Shown: in pieces, positions 63,245 to 64,000 of the stretch
Numbering within the stretch: position 1 is the stretch's first letter
Layout: the number at the start of each line of letters is the position of its first letter
Source: Paramecium tetraurelia
Taxonomy: Eukaryota
DNA: 64,000 bases
NCBI GenBank assembly: GCA_000165425.1
Contig: CT868263.1
Span: 1-64,000 of the forward strand
Reading direction: 5' to 3'
Made by a program: the position numbers and the translations under genes
The notes under the pieces: model-generated
The model's input: the letters and a program-made list of their open reading frames with translations, nothing else
Told to the model about the DNA's origin: nothing
Database searches by the model: none

Positions 63245-64000
63245 TCAACTTAATTCTTTTTCTACTTCAGCTAAATCTTTGGGCATTTCATCAATTTTAG
63301 TGTTGTAATATTTTTCAACTTCTAACAAGAGATTTGCTTCTTGTTGTGCTACCATATTGATGGCAACTCCCTTTCTACCATATCTACCAGCTCTTCCAAC
63401 TCTAAAATAATATATTAACATAGTTTTACCTATGAATGTATTATTCCTTTAATCTTGGGAATTCGTAATTGATGACTAATGACAATTATTAAACATCAAT
63501 TCCTCTACCCATAAGATCTGTTGAAACAAGGATTCTGGCAGCTCCTTTTTTGAATTCTTGCATAACCTACTATAGCTACAATGTATATACTTATTCTCTC
63601 TCTTTTTGTTCCATCTGACTGTGTATTTTACTTACAGTAAAACCCTCAGCTGTCAATTTATCATACAAATCATCAACGGTTTTTTTGGAGTTGCAGAATA
63701 AGATTGATTAAGAAACTGTAAGATTCTTATACAATTCAACCAAAACTTTGAATTTTTAATCCTCTTGTTGGATTGCAATGTAGAATTATCTAATACCCTC
63801 CAATGTCAATTATTCTTTCTTAACCAAAATCTTAGCTGTTCCATCTCTCAAAAACTATTTACTTAATTCAATAATTTCTTGTGGGAAGGTAGCACTAAAT
63901 AATGCTAACAAAATTTTAAATGTCAGAAATACCAATTTAAATATCTCCTGGAACCATTTTTAGGATTTCTGCGAAGTTATCACTAAAACCTTAGTCTAAC
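63245..64000 (-). CDS. eIF4A: Translation initiation factor eIF4A (DEAD-box helicase), 5' part beyond the window
   Basis: LDQGF, LFSAT, LTLEGIRQFY, ILFCN, STDLMGRGIDVQQLSLVINY, YIHR|VGRAGRYGRKGVAIN. Confidence 0.93.

Noticed and set aside
1..64000. Telomeric repeats or chromosome ends
   Set aside because: No G3-4T2-3 or C3-4A2-3 arrays seen; both window ends fall inside genes.

Overview
Very AT-rich, gene-dense eukaryotic DNA that reads as a ciliate (Paramecium-like) macronuclear-type scaffold. Genes only open under translation table 6 (TAA/TAG = Gln, TGA = sole stop). They carry tiny GT..AG introns of about 20-30 nt and are often only 15-60 bp apart, so the supplied standard-code ORF track misses or fragments nearly all of them. 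I read about 36 protein-coding genes by hand, including an S10 carboxypeptidase, a pseudokinase, a truncated haemoglobin, a RING/B-box/LRR protein, a USP, a Cys->Ser papain homologue, a MYCBPAP-PGK-like fusion, a Myb factor, NOG1, a hybrid histidine kinase, a furin-repeat multi-TM surface protein, formimidoylglutamase, three MORN proteins, a stand-alone NPC1 N-domain, an FHA-BRCT protein, a SET protein and eIF4A. There is one tRNA-Leu(CAA). The most unusual feature is a GC-rich, structured, partly unsequenced insertion (3049-3308) inside the pseudokinase CDS. It is flanked by an exact 24-bp direct repeat whose core is a near-palindrome matching the Paramecium IES end consensus on both strands. 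Also notable are three tandem genes that each carry two copies of an RRxSCxCxxCG motif. All gene models are manual: start codons and intron boundaries may be off by some bases, and no database search was run.
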